Under the pieces are notes generated by a model. The model had not been told where the DNA came from and made no database searches. It saw nothing but the letters and a program-made list of their open reading frames with translations. 32,000 nt of DNA, from positions 1,500,001 to 1,532,000 of the forward strand of contig JAIZWK010000001.1 in NCBI GenBank assembly GCA_021498095.1, given 5' to 3'. Positions 28,376 to 32,000 of the stretch are shown here, one piece after another. Positions within the stretch are counted from its first letter, which is position 1. Each line of letters opens with the position of its first letter. The position numbers and the translations under genes were made by a program. The DNA comes from Candidatus Harpocratesius repetitus (lineage in GTDB: Archaea; Asgardarchaeota; Lokiarchaeia; Sigyniarchaeales; Promethearchaeaceae).

Positions 28376-28894
28376 ATGGCTCTGCTAAGCAAATCCAAAA
28401 AATTAAAGATTCTATCACCTTTTCTATTACATTTCTGTATTATTTTATTATATTGGGCAATTTTAATCTACTATATTCACTTTTTTTTCGAAAGTTTTTA
28501 TAATATATTTATTTTACAAAAACACAATGAAACACAAAATTTAGTATTAAGATTGAGAATATTTTATTTACTTCCGATGATTTTTCCATTAATTCTATTA
28601 AGATTGATAGTAGAAAAAGGACGGATCATGGAATCTGGCGATTTCTTTCCGATTTTGCCATTTATGATATTTTGGGCAATTCTAAGTAGTGTGATTTACA
28701 TTTTCTTTTTTGTTATGGTGATTATATCTCCTCCTAATGAATGTGATCGTTATGAACTAATGCCATTCTTTTGGTTATTTAACAATTTGGCTTTTACAGC
28801 TGGAATATATTGGAGAATTCTCTATAAAGAGAAAAAATTTTACTCAAATCTAGTAAATGAGAATACTTCAATAGCAGATTCTTCTTCTTCTTGA
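28376..28894 (+). CDS. Hypothetical integral membrane protein (about 4 TM)
   Basis: Four hydrophobic, aromatic-rich segments. Confidence 0.55.
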   Translation: MALLSKSKKLKILSPFLLHFCIILLYWAILIYYIHFFFESFYNIFILQKHNETQNLVLRLRIFYLLPMIFPLILLRLIVEKGRIMESGDFFPILPFMIFWAILSSVIYIFFFVMVIISPPNECDRYELMPFFWLFNNLAFTAGIYWRILYKEKKFYSNLVNENTSIADSSSS

Positions 28895-29146
28895 GTTGAA
28901 TTATAAGATTTAATACTACTACATAAAATGAATATAAAGAATATGATTTTTTTATTAATAAATTAAGTTATTTTGCTTCAAAATTGAATGGAATTTTAAG
29001 AATTTTATATTCTCTTTTAAGATTCTTAACAAATTGTTGGAAATTTTCTCTCTTGAGTGTTAATGATACTATAACTACATTCTAGGGGAATTAATAAAAA
29101 AAATGTTTTTAGAACTGAAATCTTTTTCAAGAAAGCGGGCAATATA

Positions 29147-29800
29147 GTGATGAGGTTTTATAGTATGAAATCAATTAATCGAAAATTGTTACGAGTCTTA
29201 ATATGGTTAGTAATGATTGTTTTTATTATTACCATCAGTTTAGCATGGGTATTTTACCCCGACCAGTATAAATTTTGGCAGTATTTCATCAGTGAATTTG
29301 GTGCTCGAGAAACTTTGCTGGGACATCCTAATATCACCTCAATGTATATTTTCGGATTAGGTATCATGGGATGTGGTTTGATTGCATTTATTATGGCATT
29401 AATTTACTTCATTCGGAATGAAAAGAATATTTTACATGTTATCAAAGGATTGTCTTTACTTACAATTGCGGTGGGAACATTAGGGATAATGAATCCATAC
29501 GATTTAGTTCAGAATCATTTTATTCATCCGCTTGGTGCCACACTATTTGTCGTTGGGTTGGATTTGTATACCTTCTTTTGTCAATTCATGAGATTTAAGA
29601 ATCGAAAAGTCACACTAGATACAGGAGAATCGAAGCCAATCACATTTGATAAGTATTTTGTCTTTTTGATTTTAGCTGCTTCGATCACTTTTTTGGTGTT
29701 GGCACTTCTTGGTGTAGACTCATGGTTACCACCAATGCAAAAAGTAATCTTGATTCTTTCCATGATCGGAATAATGATTTTAGATTTGGATGATTTTTAA
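29147..29800 (+). CDS. Integral membrane protein, DUF998/Frag1-like (about 6 TM)
   Basis: YKFWQYFISEFGA after TM1, NPYD..HFIH; six hydrophobic segments. Confidence 0.65.
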   Translation: MMRFYSMKSINRKLLRVLIWLVMIVFIITISLAWVFYPDQYKFWQYFISEFGARETLLGHPNITSMYIFGLGIMGCGLIAFIMALIYFIRNEKNILHVIKGLSLLTIAVGTLGIMNPYDLVQNHFIHPLGATLFVVGLDLYTFFCQFMRFKNRKVTLDTGESKPITFDKYFVFLILAASITFLVLALLGVDSWLPPMQKVILILSMIGIMILDLDDF

Positions 29801-29961
29801 AAAATAAAACTGTTGTTCTCTTTTTTTATTTTATTTTCCTATTGGGAATTACTACTTTTTATTGCTAATTACTTTTTTTCCTAATTGCTACTTTTTACAG
29901 ATTTTTACATTTATTTATTCTTAAAGTTAACTTTTTGGTGAATGGTTCCTTAATCATTTTA

Positions 29962-30828
29962 ATGGATAAGCTTAGTATAGAAGAATCGCACCCAGAGAAT
30001 AAAAATCTAGCATCTGATATACTTTCGATTCATATCATCCAAGAATGGTTTGATGAATATTATCAACATTTCCTTAATGGTAGCCCTCTAAATGCGGATG
30101 ATCTTGATGCTATTCAACTCAAATATGCCCATTCTTATCGGGTGATGAATGAAATGGAAATAATTGCAACATCTTTAGCCAAATCAAATCGAATTAATTC
30201 TAATGATCTTGAGCAGGCTAAGATAATTGGATTATTGCATGATGTGGCGCGTTTTTCTCAATACATCAAATATCATACTATGAATGATTCGCTTTCTGAA
30301 GATCACGGAGATTTAGGTGCAAACATCATTGAATTTGAGTCTCCTGTGAAAAATTATCCAGAATCCATTCAAAGAGAAATATGCATTGCTGTGAAATATC
30401 ACAACAAAATTTCTATTCCCTCGGATTTACATGATAGAGAACTATTTTTTACAAAAATGATTCGAGACGCGGATAAATTAGATGTCTTTCACTTAGCATG
30501 TCCTATTTATCGTGATTATCCCCAAGAATTGGGTGAAAGACTGAAATTACATTTACCTTCAACAGGTCAACCATCTTCTACTGTTGTCTCATCATTCTTA
30601 CAGCAAATTCCTATTCCATTTTCGGCGATACGGTCGATGACGGATTTTAAAATCCTGCAATTAGCTTGGGTGTTTGATTTTAATTTTGCTGTTTCATTAA
30701 AAATGTGCCAAGAAAGAAAGTATTTGGAGATGATTTATGCAACTTTACCAGAATTTTCAGAAAAAAAGGCAATATGGGAACAGATTCAAGAATATATTGC
30801 CAACTTTCAAGAAAACTCTCGTCGCTAA
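29962..30828 (+). CDS. HD-domain metal-dependent phosphohydrolase
   Basis: HSYRV, LLHDVARF, DHG, YHNK, DADKLD. ATG at 29962 preferred over GTG at 29935. Confidence 0.9.
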   Translation: MDKLSIEESHPENKNLASDILSIHIIQEWFDEYYQHFLNGSPLNADDLDAIQLKYAHSYRVMNEMEIIATSLAKSNRINSNDLEQAKIIGLLHDVARFSQYIKYHTMNDSLSEDHGDLGANIIEFESPVKNYPESIQREICIAVKYHNKISIPSDLHDRELFFTKMIRDADKLDVFHLACPIYRDYPQELGERLKLHLPSTGQPSSTVVSSFLQQIPIPFSAIRSMTDFKILQLAWVFDFNFAVSLKMCQERKYLEMIYATLPEFSEKKAIWEQIQEYIANFQENSRR

Positions 30829-31022
30829 TCCCAATTTTCAAAAGAATATTTTTTTAACTGTTTTAAAATTTCAAGGATTTCATAGATAATTAAATAAAAT
30901 GTGTAGTTGTCTTATCTGTTCACTATCGACAAAAATCAAAGATTGACAAATGAAGCAAAAAATCTTTAGGGTGTGCATTTTCAAATATACGGAGTTTTTA
31001 TATTTTCCTAAGGGAGAAAAAG

Positions 31023-31709
31023 GTGGTAAAGAAAAACGATAAGCTTTCATCAATTTTGATAAATAGTCGTAATTATGAAATATTTTTATTAAGTGAGTGG
31101 CACCAGCTGCATAATCATCAAAGAACTGCTCTGGAAGTGCGTTTTCCAATTAGGGTGTTTGGATCATTTTTGAATGCTGAATCATGGAATTTATCTCGTG
31201 TTCTTCTCGATATTTTTAATTCTCAAGATATACCTGAACTTTCTGAATTGTTTGAATTGTCTAATATACGTATTGCATTCATATTTTTCCCAATTTCCAC
31301 AAATTCTTCCATAAATCTTCAATTCAAGTATAGATTACAAAAATTTTTGGAACTACCTGTTTCTCAAAAATCTGTGCTTTTTCTCTCGCAAATTGACCAA
31401 AATATTGCACTAGCATCTCGTATTGTTTCAACAAAATTCAGAGAAATCGAATGGAAGAGATATAAGTTATCAAATTCAATAAAAAAATACCAGAATTTCT
31501 TTAATCATAATCGTCGTTTTATTCATTGGGAAAATCGTTTACTTTTCGGAGCGTTAGCGGCTAGATATTTAGATGTTATTAAAATTTTTCCCCAACTTTG
31601 GATAGGATCTCGATATTATAGTGGTATCCCGCTTCATGTAGATATTGGAGAATTTGTTTTGAAGTATGTCAAAAATGATCCAAACATCATGAAAAATCAG
31701 AAAACATAA
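31023..31709 (+). CDS. Hypothetical protein
   Basis: 228-aa ORF with GTG start, ending 8 bp before the tRNA 3' end; no recognisable motif. Confidence 0.5.
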   Translation: MVKKNDKLSSILINSRNYEIFLLSEWHQLHNHQRTALEVRFPIRVFGSFLNAESWNLSRVLLDIFNSQDIPELSELFELSNIRIAFIFFPISTNSSINLQFKYRLQKFLELPVSQKSVLFLSQIDQNIALASRIVSTKFREIEWKRYKLSNSIKKYQNFFNHNRRFIHWENRLLFGALAARYLDVIKIFPQLWIGSRYYSGIPLHVDIGEFVLKYVKNDPNIMKNQKT

Positions 31710-31717
31710 AAGAATTA

Positions 31718-31807
31718 AGCCAGTGAAGGGGATTGAACCCTTGGCCTGCTGATTACAAGTCAGCCGCTTTAGCTACCAAAAGGCAATAGCCACTAAGCCA
31801 CACTGGC
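31718..31807 (-). tRNA. trnT-UGU: tRNA-Thr(UGU) with a 17-nt D-arm intron; CCA not encoded
   Basis: Acceptor GCCAGTG/CACTGGC, anticodon arm GCTGA-CTTGTAA-TCAGC, T arm AAGGG-TTCAATC-CCCTT, discriminator U. 90 nt minus 17 nt gives a 73-nt mature tRNA. Confidence 0.95.
31769..31785 (-). other. Non-canonical tRNA intron at position 22/23 (TGCCTTTTGGTAGCTAA)
   Basis: hBHBh' motif: central helix GGCU/AGCU, 3-nt bulges AU^U and AA^A, inner hairpin GCC-UUUU-GGU, outer pairs G15-C25 and U16-G24. Confidence 0.85.
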
Positions 31808-32000
31808 ATGCTTAAAATAAATTAGCTAAAATCAAGAATTCATAACATGCCCAACCATTAAAAATTTTCGATATGAATGCTGAATGTGAAAGCGAAATGC
31901 AATAAGATGCCGGTCTTTTTAAAAGCAGAATGTTGATCAGTATAAAGCTTGAACTTATAAGAAAAGAATGAAATGAATTACTTAAGATGATATGGTGGAA

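Noticed and set aside
29847-29897. Direct repeat AATT(A/G)CTACTTTTTA at a 36-bp spacing
   Set aside because: Only two copies in a low-complexity T-rich intergenic tract, probably terminator-like sequence.
2887-31149. Short ORF-track entries antisense to or nested in longer genes (e.g. 2887-3126, 4037-4264, 6679-6906, 8188-8412, 8551-8826, 10457-10854, 12156-12368, 16450-16743, 17711-18298, 21150-21433, 26317-26535, 28309-28503, 29581-29763, 30880-31149)
   Set aside because: Shadow frames of well-supported genes, with no motifs.
31718-31760. tRNA 3' end as an integration (att) site
   Set aside because: No duplicate of the tRNA 3' sequence and no integrase in the window.
31812-32000. Open minus-strand frame running off the window end
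   Set aside because: No start codon in the window, Ser/Phe/Ile-rich, and it runs into the likely tRNA promoter; cannot be supported.

Overview
AT-rich archaeal window (roughly 30% GC by eye). It is most consistent with an Asgard/Lokiarchaeia-like genome; this is an inference from TATA-type promoters, a BHB-intron tRNA without encoded CCA, archaeal-type HypD, an ISH3-like transposase and an LRR protein. Core content: a scrambled [NiFe]-hydrogenase maturation cluster (hypC, hypF, hypE, HycI-type protease, hypD, with a C45 Ntn-hydrolase inside it), a GNAT, an AAA_14/DUF4143 ATPase, an ArsR/SmtB-CDF metal efflux operon, an aldo/keto reductase with Fe-S tail, a PD-(D/E)XK nuclease-DinG/XPD helicase fusion, an HD hydrolase, several membrane proteins, two DDE transposases and tRNA-Thr(UGU). 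Most notable: (1) a rearranged accessory block (20.2-25.3 kb) where an N-terminally truncated kinase abuts, head-to-head, a 959-aa protein with three restriction-endonuclease-like motif sets, followed by a GC-shifted LRR gene, read as a possible toxin/immunity or defence cassette; (2) three 24-bp palindromes at an exact 33-bp period upstream of the DUF4143 ATPase; (3) a 17-nt D-arm intron with a full BHB motif in the tRNA; (4) a 10 x 10-bp phased repeat between hypC and hypF. All protein family calls come from motif recognition by eye; no searches were run.
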